64,000 nt of DNA from Candidatus Limnocylindrus sp. (lineage in GTDB: Bacteria > Chloroflexota > Limnocylindria > Limnocylindrales > Limnocylindraceae): assembly GCA_040397255.1 (NCBI GenBank), contig JBBAWJ010000002.1:35854-99853 (forward strand), in the 5' to 3' direction. This document shows positions 1 through 9,705 of this stretch, in pieces. The notes below the pieces were generated by a model. That model was not told the DNA's origin and ran no database searches. It saw nothing but the letters and a program-made list of their open reading frames with translations. Within the stretch, counting starts at the first letter, position 1. Every line of letters begins with the position of its first letter. The translations under genes and the position numbers were made by a program.

Positions 1-645
1 ATCGGCCTCTTCACCACGAACGATGTGATCGGCACCGATGTGGGGGTCCTCTTCAACTTCCTGACTGGTGCTGCGCGCACCTCGGCCTACAAGCGCATCC
101 TCGTAGCGCCAGATCACCTGCGCAGTGAGATCAGGGGGCGCATTGAGCGGCTTGCCGAGCAGGCACGAGGTGGCGCTGAGACCTCCATCACCATCAAGGT
201 GAACGCACTGATTGATCCAGAGATGATTGCGGCCCTTGACCGCGCCGCCGAGGCGGGTGTCTCGATGGACCTCATCGTGCGTGGCATGTGCGGGCTTCTA
301 CCGAATCCGGCGCGCCATGGGACTCGCCTTCGAATCCGCTCGGTCATCGGCGACTACCTGGAGCACAGCCGCATCTATCGCTTTGCGGGGCCAGATGGGG
401 TTGAACTCTTCGCCGGAAGTGCGGACCTGATGGAGCGCAACCTCGACCGACGCGTGGAGGTGCTCTTCCCACTAGAGGAGGGTGAGGTGCGCCGCAAGAC
501 CGAGGAGATCCTCGCCGCACTACTCGCCGATACCTCAAACGCCTGGGAGCTACAGCCAGATGGGGCCTGGGAGCGCCTCACAGACACGGCCAACTCGTCG
601 TTTGAAGCCCTGAGACAGGTGGCAATCGCCGCTTCTCAGGCATAA
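1..645 (+). CDS. ppk: Polyphosphate kinase 1, C-terminal fragment (5' end lies outside the window)
   Basis: The frame is open from nt 1. The translation (RILVAPDHLRSEIRGRIERL...ITIKVNALIDPEMIAALDRAAEAGVSMDLIVRGMCGL...GDYLEHSRIYRF...SADLMERNLDRRVEVLFP) matches the PLD-like C2 domain of PPK1. Confidence 0.9.
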   Translation: MGLFTTNDVIGTDVGVLFNFLTGAARTSAYKRILVAPDHLRSEIRGRIERLAEQARGGAETSITIKVNALIDPEMIAALDRAAEAGVSMDLIVRGMCGLLPNPARHGTRLRIRSVIGDYLEHSRIYRFAGPDGVELFAGSADLMERNLDRRVEVLFPLEEGEVRRKTEEILAALLADTSNAWELQPDGAWERLTDTANSSFEALRQVAIAASQA

Positions 646-652
646 TCTCCCC

Positions 653-1282
653 ATGGAGCGCGAGTTAAAATTTCTTCTCGATCATGCGCACATCCCCGCA
701 CTGCCCAACGGCTACCGAGTGGCCAAAGCGCAGCCCACGCTCCACCTCCTTGATGAGTACCTGGACTATCGCGGCCAGATTCTCACCGCTGGCTGGCGAC
801 TGCGACGCCGCCGATCCGATGGCGACGCGCTGCGGTACACGCTTAAGTCCGAGCGGACCGGGGGCCCTTCAGGGCCGCTGAGTGAACGGATAGAGATTGA
901 GCGCGCACCAGAACGGAACGAAGAGCTCCCCCCTGAGATTGTCGCGAAGCTCACGGAGGCTGGAGTTGATGTGGCCCAGGTGCTCGATCGCCTGCAGCCG
1001 TATCTCACACTGCGCCAGGAGCGCCAACCGGCGGCGCTCTCGAATAGCGACGGAGAGATTGCACTGCTCAGCGTGGACGAGGTACGCGCGGGTGCGCCGA
1101 TACCCGAAGGAGATCGCCGCTGGACGGAACTCGAGATTGAGTTCCTTGCCACCGTTTCGCTTGAGGCTCGTGATCGTGCAGCCAGCGAACTCAGCGCGTG
1201 GTTCGCGGCGCAGCCAGGGATTGAGGTTGGTGGCGAATCAAAGGTTGACCGTGCAGCCCGGCTGCTCTCAATCTCGCTCTAG
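653..1282 (+). CDS. CYTH-domain protein (triphosphate tunnel metalloenzyme; possible tri/polyphosphatase)
   Basis: The N-terminal ExExK signature is present (M-E-R-E-L-K-F-LL). The size (209 aa) and the acidic/basic strand pattern (WRLRRR, RIEIER, ELEIEF) fit the family. It starts 7 nt after the ppk stop. Confidence 0.7.
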   Translation: MERELKFLLDHAHIPALPNGYRVAKAQPTLHLLDEYLDYRGQILTAGWRLRRRRSDGDALRYTLKSERTGGPSGPLSERIEIERAPERNEELPPEIVAKLTEAGVDVAQVLDRLQPYLTLRQERQPAALSNSDGEIALLSVDEVRAGAPIPEGDRRWTELEIEFLATVSLEARDRAASELSAWFAAQPGIEVGGESKVDRAARLLSISL

Positions 1283-2340
1283 CGCGAGGAGCCTGCCCGA
1301 GTCTCCATGACGAGGGTTGGGAGGGCCTCGCGCCATGCATCACCCGCTCGCGCTACGGCGACGACCAAGCCCTCGCGAATACCGCCGCGGTCAACGGTGA
1401 CCTCGCGCGCGGTGGTTCGCTGCAGGAGCGCCTCTACAATCGCAATACCAGCTGGAAGGAGTCGCGCGCGGCGCTGCGAAATTGCGAAGCGCTCCGCAAC
1501 CTCCTTTGCCGTCAGTGCCACGAGCCGCTCCCCCATCGCTGCGAGATCTTCGCGCTCAATCGTGCGACTAATGAGGGTTGCCGGAACAAGTTTGAGCAGG
1601 CGCGTTGCAGTTCCGCCCACCAAGATGAGACGGTGAACATCGGCAACGGTAAGGTCGGCCAGCGCGATCTGGGCGTGTCGACGGAGCTCCTGCCACTCGC
1701 GCGGACGCGGTGGGTCCTGATACGAGACGCGCGCCATGAGGCGCGCAGAGCCAACCGAGATACCGATCGCGCGAGGAAGTTCGCCAGGGTGGAGTTCAAC
1801 GGCTTCGGTCGAGCCACCGCCAATATCAACGACAAGCTGTGGCAAAGAGTGGTCGTGTCCATGGTGAAGGCCAAGTACGGTGAGGAGCCCCTCCTCCTCA
1901 TGGGTCAGCACGATCGGTGCGTTGACCTTTGGTCCACGCAGGGCACGCAGCACACTCTCCTGATCACGGGCGCGACGGAATGGCTCGGTGGCAACGACAA
2001 ACAACTCGTCGGCACCCAGGATGCTGGCCCGTGTGCGAAAGGCGGCAAGCGCCTCACTGATCGCTGTCGTGGCCTTGCGCCCGATCATTCGATCCTGTTC
2101 GACCAGCCGACCGAGCTCAATCGGCATCGACTCATCGGCGATCACCTCTTGGCGCACCCCGTCCGAAACCGCCACGTACAGGTGGGTTGAATTGGAGCCA
2201 ATATCGACCACGGCACAGACCCGCGGGATGCCAGCCTCAGAGCTCCCCACCCGGCCACGGGCAGCCTTGGGGGGGCGAGGGGCACCGCCTGAACGCGGCC
2301 TCGCCGCGTGAACACTGCGTGAACGCCGAGCAGGCAACAT
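1279..2340 (-). CDS. ppx: Exopolyphosphatase / guanosine pentaphosphate phosphohydrolase (Ppx/GppA family)
   Basis: Contains the VVDIGSNSTHLYVA and VVDIGGGSTE ASKHA phosphate-binding motifs. The ATG at 2340 has an AGGA 7 nt upstream. A GTG at 2250 is an alternative start. Confidence 0.85.
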   Translation of the reverse strand: MLPARRSRSVHAARPRSGGAPRPPKAARGRVGSSEAGIPRVCAVVDIGSNSTHLYVAVSDGVRQEVIADESMPIELGRLVEQDRMIGRKATTAISEALAAFRTRASILGADELFVVATEPFRRARDQESVLRALRGPKVNAPIVLTHEEEGLLTVLGLHHGHDHSLPQLVVDIGGGSTEAVELHPGELPRAIGISVGSARLMARVSYQDPPRPREWQELRRHAQIALADLTVADVHRLILVGGTATRLLKLVPATLISRTIEREDLAAMGERLVALTAKEVAERFAISQRRARLLPAGIAIVEALLQRTTAREVTVDRGGIREGLVVAVARAGDAWREALPTLVMETRAGSSR

Positions 2341-2430
2341 CCACGCATCCTAACCGCGAACCGTGATTCCCTCCTGGCAGGGCTGGGGCGGTAGGATGTA
2401 GAACAATTCAGCGGAGAGTGAGGAGGGTAA

Positions 2431-3180
2431 ATGGCAGCAGGAGACGACCACGGCCGAGTTGAGAACGAGATCGAGGAGATCCTTGCACGCACCGCGACTG
2501 ATGGGGCCACGGCGGCGCCACAGGGTGCCCGCGAGCCGCTTGACCGCGAGCTGCGCCACATCAAGGAGACCGTTATCCGCATGGGGAGCATGGCGGAGGC
2601 GGCGATCCGTGACGCCCTCGATGCGCTCGTCACCCACGACGCCGAGAAGGCCACGGCGGTCATCATCGGCGATCGAAAAATCAATGACATGCAGCACGAG
2701 GCCATCACCGCAATCACCACCACTATCGCCACACAGAGCCCGGTGGCCCGCGACCTGCGCAACCTCCTGATGATGAACCACGTGGCGTACGAGCTTGAGC
2801 GAATTGGCGACCACGCAGCTTCTGTTGCAAAGATCGCCGCGCAGCTCGCCCCAGAGCCAGCGCTGCAGCGCTACCTCCACCTCCCCGAGATCGGCGAGCT
2901 AGCGGCAACGCAGCTGCACGGCATCCTGATGGCGCTCGTTGACGCCGACCCAGTACGGGCCCGTGAGGTGGCCGTGAGCGACGACCAGATTGACGCCCTC
3001 TACCGCCAATCGTTTGATGAGTGCATCCGCCTGATGGAGGCGGATAAGTCCAACGTTGCCCGCGGGACTCGCCTCCTCTTCGCAGCGCACTACCTCGAGC
3101 GCATCGGGGACCGCACCACCAACATCGCCGAAGACATCGTCTACCTTGCCTCTGGAGAGGTTGAGGACCTCAATCCTTGA
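2431..3180 (+). CDS. phoU: Phosphate signalling/transport regulator PhoU
   Basis: Shows the two-repeat PhoU pattern (ERIGDHAASVAK ... ERIGDRTTNIAEDIVY). A GGAGGG Shine-Dalgarno (SD) sequence precedes the ATG. Confidence 0.9.
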   Translation: MAAGDDHGRVENEIEEILARTATDGATAAPQGAREPLDRELRHIKETVIRMGSMAEAAIRDALDALVTHDAEKATAVIIGDRKINDMQHEAITAITTTIATQSPVARDLRNLLMMNHVAYELERIGDHAASVAKIAAQLAPEPALQRYLHLPEIGELAATQLHGILMALVDADPVRAREVAVSDDQIDALYRQSFDECIRLMEADKSNVARGTRLLFAAHYLERIGDRTTNIAEDIVYLASGEVEDLNP

Positions 3181-3701
3181 GTTCAGACAGCTCAACGTCA
3201 ACCAACGAGTTGAAGCGCCTCTACATCGTCCGCCATGCCGACGCTGGTGATCCAGCCGAATGGATTGGCCCAGATGCAGAGCGACCACTCAGCTCTAAGG
3301 GGGTCAAGCAGGCTGCCCGACTTGCGGCGGCACTCGTTGCCGCTGGCACCAACGTCGGATCGCTCCGAACCTCCCCAGCTCGCCGCTGCACCGAAACCTG
3401 CGCCGTAATCGCCGCAGCGCTAGAGACCACCGCCACCATCGACGAGCAGCTCGCCAGTGGCCCAACAGCAGCCTACGTCGCCAAGCTCCTCACTCGGCGT
3501 AGTAACGACGCCCTACTCCTCGTTGGGCACCAGCCGCACCTCGGCAATCTAATCGCCGAGCTGACCGGCATCGCAACAATTCCCGTTGAGAAGGGGTCGA
3601 TGATCCGCATCGACATCCCCGCCCCATACACACCAGGGAGCGGCCGCCTCGTTGCGCTTGTTCCACCCGCGCACCTACGCGCTCCGAAGAGCGAGCGCTA
3701 A
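3177..3701 (+). CDS. sixA: Phosphohistidine phosphatase SixA / histidine phosphatase family
   Basis: Has the LYIVRHADAG (RHG-type) motif and a later GHQPHL motif. The TTG start overlaps the phoU stop (TTGA). Confidence 0.7.
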   Translation: MSSDSSTSTNELKRLYIVRHADAGDPAEWIGPDAERPLSSKGVKQAARLAAALVAAGTNVGSLRTSPARRCTETCAVIAAALETTATIDEQLASGPTAAYVAKLLTRRSNDALLLVGHQPHLGNLIAELTGIATIPVEKGSMIRIDIPAPYTPGSGRLVALVPPAHLRAPKSER

Positions 3702-4267
3702 CGCGTCGCCGCGCGAGCGGCAGTAGCCCCTTCACCCTCAACACAGATGGCAGTAAGACGCAGATCACTCGCCCATCTGACACCCTGCACGCCTCGAAGG
3801 GTCCAGGCCGCAACCTCGAGCCCCGCTGCTCGCCAGCGGCTGATGCTCGCATCGTCCAATAGATCAATTGACACAGAGAGGCCGACGCAGCCAAGTTCAG
3901 TCGCTCGCTCCGCCTCTGCCGTGGTTTCAGCGTTCAGCCAACGCGACCAGCCAGGCGCGCGCTCTTCGACGGCACGGAGTACGCCCGGGTAGAAGCTTGA
4001 GATGACGACCCCCTCCGCCTCTGCTCCGCGCGCGGCAGCGAGTGTCGTAAAAAGCGCGTCGGTGGGCTGCTCTTTTAGCTCTAGGTCGATCAGCGTGGTG
4101 GCCGGCATGGCAGCCAGCGCTTCCGCGAGCGTTGGCACACCGAGTCCCGCGAGCTCGCCAACTGAGAGCTCACTAACACGCCGTGGCACCCCAAAGATTC
4201 GATCCAGCGTCTCATCGTGCACGATCACCGCTACCCCATCGGCGCTAAAGCGCACATCAAACTCCAC
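3698..4267 (-). CDS. Glycerophosphodiester phosphodiesterase (GDPD family); the canonical-start ORF is given here, and the true N-terminus probably lies upstream (see finding)
   Basis: EFDVRFSADGVAVIVHDETLDRI is the GDPD core motif. The in-frame upstream sequence 4268-4357 encodes RPILLAHRGAHDATLRENSLAAL, which is the catalytic HRG motif. Confidence 0.8.
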   Translation of the reverse strand: MEFDVRFSADGVAVIVHDETLDRIFGVPRRVSELSVGELAGLGVPTLAEALAAMPATTLIDLELKEQPTDALFTTLAAARGAEAEGVVISSFYPGVLRAVEERAPGWSRWLNAETTAEAERATELGCVGLSVSIDLLDDASISRWRAAGLEVAAWTLRGVQGVRWASDLRLTAICVEGEGATAARAATR

Positions 4268-4407
4268 ACCATCGCACTGCTCCGCGCCTGCAACAAGCGC
4301 GGCGAGGCTGTTCTCACGGAGCGTTGCATCGTGGGCCCCGCGATGTGCGAGGAGAATCGGGCGCTGGAGTGTCTCGCGGGCGTGACCGATCGCGCTCGAG
4401 CGACGGC

Positions 4408-5622
4408 TCAGGATTCGGCTCCGGCGGCTGGCAGCGTCATCGTGAAGGTCGTTCCAACGCCAGCGGTTGAGGTAACGGTGATGTCGCCACCGTGACGAAG
4501 CACGGCGTGTCGGGCGATCGCGAGGCCGAGTCCGGTTCCACCGCCGCCCACAGCCCCCGCACCACCATCGACTCGTTCCACCGTGAAGAAGCGCTCGAAG
4601 ATGCGCGAAAGGTGGGCGCGGTCAATGCCAATGCCGTGATCAACCACCGCAATCTGTGTCCCGCCATCGCCGAGTCGGTCAATCTGTAGTTCTACTCGCC
4701 CGCCCTCGCGGCTGTACTTCACGGCGTTATGGACGAGGTTCGCCACCGCCTGGCGTAGGCGATCGCGGTCGCCAGTAATGAGGAGTGGGCCCGTGCCGAT
4801 CACATCAATGCCGCCGCCATGCTGTGCCGCGACCGGGGTGAACCGCTGCGCGACCTCCTCAGCCAAGGCGACAAGATCGAACTCGGCCTTGCGGAGCGAG
4901 ATCTCCCCCGCCTCGAGCGTGGCGAGATCGAGCATCTCATCGGCCATCTGCACGAGGTGAAGCACCTCAACCTCGATCTTGGCGCTGCGGCTTGCCACAC
5001 CAGAAACGTCGCCCTTCGCGGCGGCACCGCCAATCGTCTCCGCGAGGAGGCGGATCGTTGAGAGCGGCGTCCGCAGCTCATGCGAGAGGTTATCCACGAA
5101 CTCGGTGCGGATCTGTCGCAGTCGACGCACCTCAGTGAGGTCGCGCAAGACGAGCCAGGCCCCGCCATCACCATCTGGAGCCGCCACCACAGAGACGTGA
5201 CGCGCATCGTCGGAGTGCCCAAGTCGACCGTCACGAATGTCGATCTCGCCGCGATGCACTTCGCCAGCGATCGCCTTGCGGGTGAGCTCCTCAAGTCGGA
5301 AGTCAACCGTCGCTTCAATCAGTGGCATGCCACGGAACTGCACATCGCCGCGGGCGAGGATCTCGCCAGTGACCGGGCTCGCGGCACGGATCACAAGATC
5401 GGAGCCGACACGGAGGATGGCGTCATCGGTCGCCTCCAGGAGTGCGTTCAGGCGCTCAGATCGGCGATCGGCGCGGTCCCAGGCAACGTCTGCCCGGCTG
5501 CTCTCGCGCGCAGCGCGATCGGCCTCGGTTGCAATATCTTGCGCTGTGATGCGGCGAACGATCAGATAGGTGATCCCTGCAGAGATGAGTACCGTTGCAA
5601 GCCCGATGACGAAGTCTGGCAT
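4408..5622 (-). CDS. Sensor histidine kinase (PhoR/SenX3-like: one N-terminal TM, PAS, HisKA, HATPase_c)
   Basis: H-box FVDNLSHELRTPLSTI is present, along with the N box NLVHNAVKY and the G boxes DHGIGI / GTGLGLAI. N-terminal TM segment: VIGLATVLISAGITYLIV. Confidence 0.85.
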   Translation of the reverse strand: MPDFVIGLATVLISAGITYLIVRRITAQDIATEADRAARESSRADVAWDRADRRSERLNALLEATDDAILRVGSDLVIRAASPVTGEILARGDVQFRGMPLIEATVDFRLEELTRKAIAGEVHRGEIDIRDGRLGHSDDARHVSVVAAPDGDGGAWLVLRDLTEVRRLRQIRTEFVDNLSHELRTPLSTIRLLAETIGGAAAKGDVSGVASRSAKIEVEVLHLVQMADEMLDLATLEAGEISLRKAEFDLVALAEEVAQRFTPVAAQHGGGIDVIGTGPLLITGDRDRLRQAVANLVHNAVKYSREGGRVELQIDRLGDGGTQIAVVDHGIGIDRAHLSRIFERFFTVERVDGGAGAVGGGGTGLGLAIARHAVLRHGGDITVTSTAGVGTTFTMTLPAAGAES

Positions 5623-7406
5623 CAGGCGGCTGGGTGAGGATCGCGCGCTGCATGTCGCGGTGGATAGCCGCGCGCGAGTAGCTCCGCCTCAACGGCGGCG
5701 CGATCGGTGGCCTGTGCGGCACGAATTGCGTCGAGCACTGCCCCGATTGGGAGGACGCTGCGCTCGCCCGTCGATCGACGTGTGACCTCTGCGCCGCCAG
5801 CCTCAAGCGAGCGTGGTGAGATGGTGATCATCCATGGGGCACCGATCAGTTCGGCGTCGGCGAACTTCACGCCAGGCGTCTCGGCGCGATCGTCGACGAG
5901 CAGCTCGATGCCGGCAGCCTCCGCCTCAGCCTCAAGGGCGAACGCGATCTCGGTCACCTTCGGATCCTTGTTCGCGCCAACGATCGCAACCTGCGCGTCG
6001 AAGGGGCTGATCGAGATCGGCCAGGAGAGGCCCTTCTCGTCGTGGTGCGCCTCGGCGATACAGGCGACCGCGCGACCAACGCCAATCCCGTAGGAGCCCA
6101 TCACGATCGGGTGCGAGACCCCCGCCTCGTCGGCGTAGGTGGCGCCCAGCGCTCCGGTGTATCGGGTGCCGAGCTTGAAGATATTGCCAACCTCAATGCC
6201 GTTCTCAATGCGTAGCTGGCCGCCACAGGCGAGGCAGGCATCGCCCACCTTCGCTGAGGCGATGTCGGCGACAGCGGTCGGTGTGTAGTCTCGGCCGACG
6301 TTCACGCCAGTAAGGTGATAGCCCGCCTTGTTCGCCCCTGCGACCATGTTGGCGGTCGACGCGACTAGCTCATCCACGACCACGGTTGCACCCTTGATGC
6401 CAACAGGCGATGCGTACCCTGGCTCCATGCCGGCGGCGCGAATCTCCTCCTCGCGGGCGGGCCGCAGGTCTCGTGCGCCGATGGCGTTGGTGAGCTTTGT
6501 CTCCTCAACCTCATCATCGCCGCGCACAATGGCAACGATTAGCCGGCCATCGCGGTCGGCGAAGAAGACCGCCTTGGCGCAGGTCGATGCAGGAACCTTG
6601 AGCTGTGCCGCGAGTTCATCAATGGTTGAGGCACCTGGCGTTGCGATCTCCTTGAGCGGCTCCTGTGGCGCAGTCGCCCCGACTTCGCGCCGCACGGCGG
6701 CGACCTGGCGGTTTGCCGCAGCGCCGCAGCCATCGCAGAGCACGAGGCTATCTTCACCAAACGTGCTGAAGGCCATGAACTCATGGGCCAGCGAGCCGCC
6801 CATCATGCCAACGTCGCTAGCCACGGCGATCGCCTCTAGTCCGAGTCGCGCAAAGATGCGCGTGTAGGCGTGGTAGTAGAGCTTGTAGGAGCGGTCGAGG
6901 CCCGCCTCATCACGGTCGGCGCTGTAGGCGTCCTTCATCGTGAACTCGCGCACGCGAATGAGTCCGCCGCGCGCCCGTGGTTCGTCGCGCCACTTGGTCT
7001 GGAAGTGGTACATCTGCTGTGGGAGTTGGCGCCACGAGTTGATTAGCTTGCGCAGCAGGTCGGTCACCACCTCCTCGTGCGTCATCGCCAGCACCATGTC
7101 GCGGCCACCGCGATCGTTGAAGCGGCCCATCTCTGGGCCGATCTGGTCGTAGCGCCCCGTCTCGCGCCAGAGGTCGGCGGGATGCACGACCGGCATCAAC
7201 ATCTCCTGGGCGCCGATCGCATTCATCTCTTCACGGATCACCTGGGTGACACGCATGTTGACGCGCATGCCGAGTGGGAGGAGTGAGTAGATCCCGGCAC
7301 CCAGCGGCCGAATATACCCAGCGCGCAGCAGAAGGCGATGGGAAGGCATCTCCGCGTCGGCGGGGTCCTCCCGGAGGGTCGTAAAGAAGAGTTCGCTGAT
7401 GCGCAT
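5622..7406 (-). CDS. proS: Prolyl-tRNA synthetase (bacterial type with INS editing domain)
   Basis: The N-terminus MRISELFFTTLREDPADAEMPSHRLLLRAGYIRPLGAGIYSLLPLG is typical of ProS, and class II motifs are present. At 594 aa it is long enough to include the insertion domain. Confidence 0.95.
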   Translation of the reverse strand: MRISELFFTTLREDPADAEMPSHRLLLRAGYIRPLGAGIYSLLPLGMRVNMRVTQVIREEMNAIGAQEMLMPVVHPADLWRETGRYDQIGPEMGRFNDRGGRDMVLAMTHEEVVTDLLRKLINSWRQLPQQMYHFQTKWRDEPRARGGLIRVREFTMKDAYSADRDEAGLDRSYKLYYHAYTRIFARLGLEAIAVASDVGMMGGSLAHEFMAFSTFGEDSLVLCDGCGAAANRQVAAVRREVGATAPQEPLKEIATPGASTIDELAAQLKVPASTCAKAVFFADRDGRLIVAIVRGDDEVEETKLTNAIGARDLRPAREEEIRAAGMEPGYASPVGIKGATVVVDELVASTANMVAGANKAGYHLTGVNVGRDYTPTAVADIASAKVGDACLACGGQLRIENGIEVGNIFKLGTRYTGALGATYADEAGVSHPIVMGSYGIGVGRAVACIAEAHHDEKGLSWPISISPFDAQVAIVGANKDPKVTEIAFALEAEAEAAGIELLVDDRAETPGVKFADAELIGAPWMITISPRSLEAGGAEVTRRSTGERSVLPIGAVLDAIRAAQATDRAAVEAELLARGYPPRHAARDPHPAA

Positions 7407-7457
7407 GTGGTCAATCCTACCCGCGCGCGGGGCTCTCGTTCAGGAGGGGTATGTGGA

Positions 7458-8195
7458 TCAGGCTGGGCGGCGGAGAACGTAGCCGATCCCGCGAACCGTC
7501 TGGAGGGCCACCGGCTCGGCTGGGATCGCCTCCATGGCCTGGCGCAGGGCGTGCATGTGCACGTCGACCGTGCGTGTTTCGCCGGCATAGTCATAGCCCC
7601 ACACCTTGTCGAGGAGCTGCTCGCGGGTATACACACGACCCGTGTTCTCAATGAGGAACGCCAGCAGCTGGAAGGCCTTCGGCTTGAGGTGCACCACGGT
7701 GCCGTCTCGCAGTACCCGCTGACCCTCGAGGTCAACCTCCGCCTCGGCAATGCGGAGGCGAGAGCCCACCGCAACGGGGCTAGCCCCAGTCTCAGCGCGG
7801 CGGAGCACTGCCCGAATGCGCGCGACGAGTTCTCGGGAGGAGAAGGGCTTCGTCACATAGTCATCGGCGCCAAGGTCAAGGCCGCTGATGCGATCGCTCT
7901 CAGACGCTTTTGCCGTGACCATGATGATCGGCACGCGCGAGCTGCTGCGAATCGATCGGCAGACCTCAATGCCGCCCATTTCGGGGAGCATCAGGTCGAG
8001 CAGGATCAGGTCTGGTGGAGCGGCGCGAAAGGCGGCGAGCCCTGAAGCGCCGGTGTCGGCCTGGGTGACAACGAATCCCTCGCCCGTCAGCGCATCGGCG
8101 AGCGCCTCACGGAGGGCTCGCTCATCTTCAACCAGCAGAATCTTGATCGGTTGTTCAGCCACGGCGAAACTCTGACGGGAGGGTGTTATCGCCAT
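7458..8195 (-). CDS. OmpR/PhoB-family response regulator (PhoP/RegX3-like)
   Basis: Receiver domain: IKILLVEDE...DLILLDLMLPEMGG...IIMVTAK. Winged-helix C-terminus: VDVHMHALRQ...TVRGIGY. The start is ambiguous: ATG 8195, GTG 8213 (overlapping gltX) or GTG 8162. Confidence 0.85.
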   Translation of the reverse strand: MAITPSRQSFAVAEQPIKILLVEDERALREALADALTGEGFVVTQADTGASGLAAFRAAPPDLILLDLMLPEMGGIEVCRSIRSSSRVPIIMVTAKASESDRISGLDLGADDYVTKPFSSRELVARIRAVLRRAETGASPVAVGSRLRIAEAEVDLEGQRVLRDGTVVHLKPKAFQLLAFLIENTGRVYTREQLLDKVWGYDYAGETRTVDVHMHALRQAMEAIPAEPVALQTVRGIGYVLRRPA

Positions 8196-8202
8196 GTAAA
8201 CG

Positions 8203-9705
8203 CTAGGTGCCACTCACCAGTGCAACGGCGGCGTCGAGATGCGCCAGCACGCGGGCGCGGCCAAGGAGACGCATGCTGTCGAAGAGTGGCGGCGTTGCCG
8301 TTCGCCCTGTCACCGCGACACGGAGTGCCATGAAGAGGTCGCCCGACTTCCAGCCCGACGTCTCGGCGAGCGCCCGGAGCTGCGCCTCGAGCGGATCTTC
8401 GGCATCAAGGAGTGGCTGTTCACCCTCGCCAACCGCCTCAGCGATCAGCGGGCGCGCCGCCGCGAGCGCCTGCAGGGTGGTGGCGGCATCCCAACGCTTC
8501 GGTACCAGCGCGGCACGATCATGCTTGAGCGCGGTGGCGAAGAGGAAGTCGGTGAGCGCGACCGCAGACGAGAGGAGCGGAATGCGATCACGGATCAAGG
8601 GAATCAACGCAACGATCTCCGCGTCGGTGGCCGCTCGCTGCAACGTGCCGTTTGCTGCAGCGCTCTCGTAGAAGGGGCGTAGTCGCACGAGCAACTCCTC
8701 GTTGCTCAGCCGTCGAATCCATTGGCCGTTGAGCCACTCCAGTCGGGTGCGGTCGAACACCGCGCCGGCCTTCTGCACATGCTCAAGGTTGAACCGCTCC
8801 TGCAGCTCGTCAATGGAGAGCACCTCATCTTCGCTCCCCGTTGACCAGCCGAGCAGTGCCAGGAAGTTGATCAGCGCCTCAACCAGGAAGCCCTCCGCTC
8901 GGTAGTCGACGAGGGCGGTCTGACTCTTGCGCTTGCTCATCTTCGTTCGGTCTGGATTCAGGATCAGCGGCAGGTGGGCAAACTTCGGTAGCGGCACGCC
9001 GAGCGCCTCAAAGAGGAGGATGTGCTTCGGCGTGTTGGAGAGGTGGTCCTCGCCGCGAATAACGTGGGTGATCCCCATGTCGGCATCGTCGACCACAACG
9101 GTGAAGTGATAGAGCGGCGTGCCGTCGGCGCGCAAGATCACCAGGTCGCCACCCAGCGCGTCACTGTCAATCTCCACTCGCCCGCGGACAAGATCTTCAA
9201 TTACGACCACGCCGGGCTTAATTCGGAACCGCAGGGCCGCCGACTCACCTGCTGCGATGCGGGCGGCTGAGGTTTCGGCAGGGATCGCGGAACAGCGTCC
9301 GGAGTAGCGCGGCGGCAGCTTGGCGGCTTCACGAGCCTTGCGCTCTGCGTCGAGATCGCCTGGGGTGCAGAAGCAGGGGTAGGTCAGCCCCTTAGCGCGC
9401 AGCTCATTTGCTACAGCGGTGTATCGCTCACTGCGCTCAGATTGTCTGTAAGGGCCACGGTCACCACGCTCCCCCTCCGCAACCACCCCCTCGTCGGCGG
9501 CAAGGCCGAGCCAGGCAAGACCAGCAAGGATGTCCGCCTCAAACTCCTTGGTGGAGCGAGCCGTGTCCGTGTCTTCGACGCGCACGATGTAGGTGCCGCC
9601 ATGGCGACGTGCGAAGAGCAGGTTGAAGAGCGCCGTTCGCGCCGTACCGATGTGGAACGGCCCTGTTGGGCTCGGCGCAATGCGAACGCGCACGACGTCA
9701 CTCAT
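8203..9705 (-). CDS. gltX: Glutamyl-tRNA synthetase
   Basis: VRVRIAPSPTGPFHIGTARTALFN carries the HIGH motif, and KMSKR is present. The ATG overlaps the stop of the upstream gene (ATGA). Confidence 0.95.
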   Translation of the reverse strand: MSDVVRVRIAPSPTGPFHIGTARTALFNLLFARRHGGTYIVRVEDTDTARSTKEFEADILAGLAWLGLAADEGVVAEGERGDRGPYRQSERSERYTAVANELRAKGLTYPCFCTPGDLDAERKAREAAKLPPRYSGRCSAIPAETSAARIAAGESAALRFRIKPGVVVIEDLVRGRVEIDSDALGGDLVILRADGTPLYHFTVVVDDADMGITHVIRGEDHLSNTPKHILLFEALGVPLPKFAHLPLILNPDRTKMSKRKSQTALVDYRAEGFLVEALINFLALLGWSTGSEDEVLSIDELQERFNLEHVQKAGAVFDRTRLEWLNGQWIRRLSNEELLVRLRPFYESAAANGTLQRAATDAEIVALIPLIRDRIPLLSSAVALTDFLFATALKHDRAALVPKRWDAATTLQALAAARPLIAEAVGEGEQPLLDAEDPLEAQLRALAETSGWKSGDLFMALRVAVTGRTATPPLFDSMRLLGRARVLAHLDAAVALVSGT

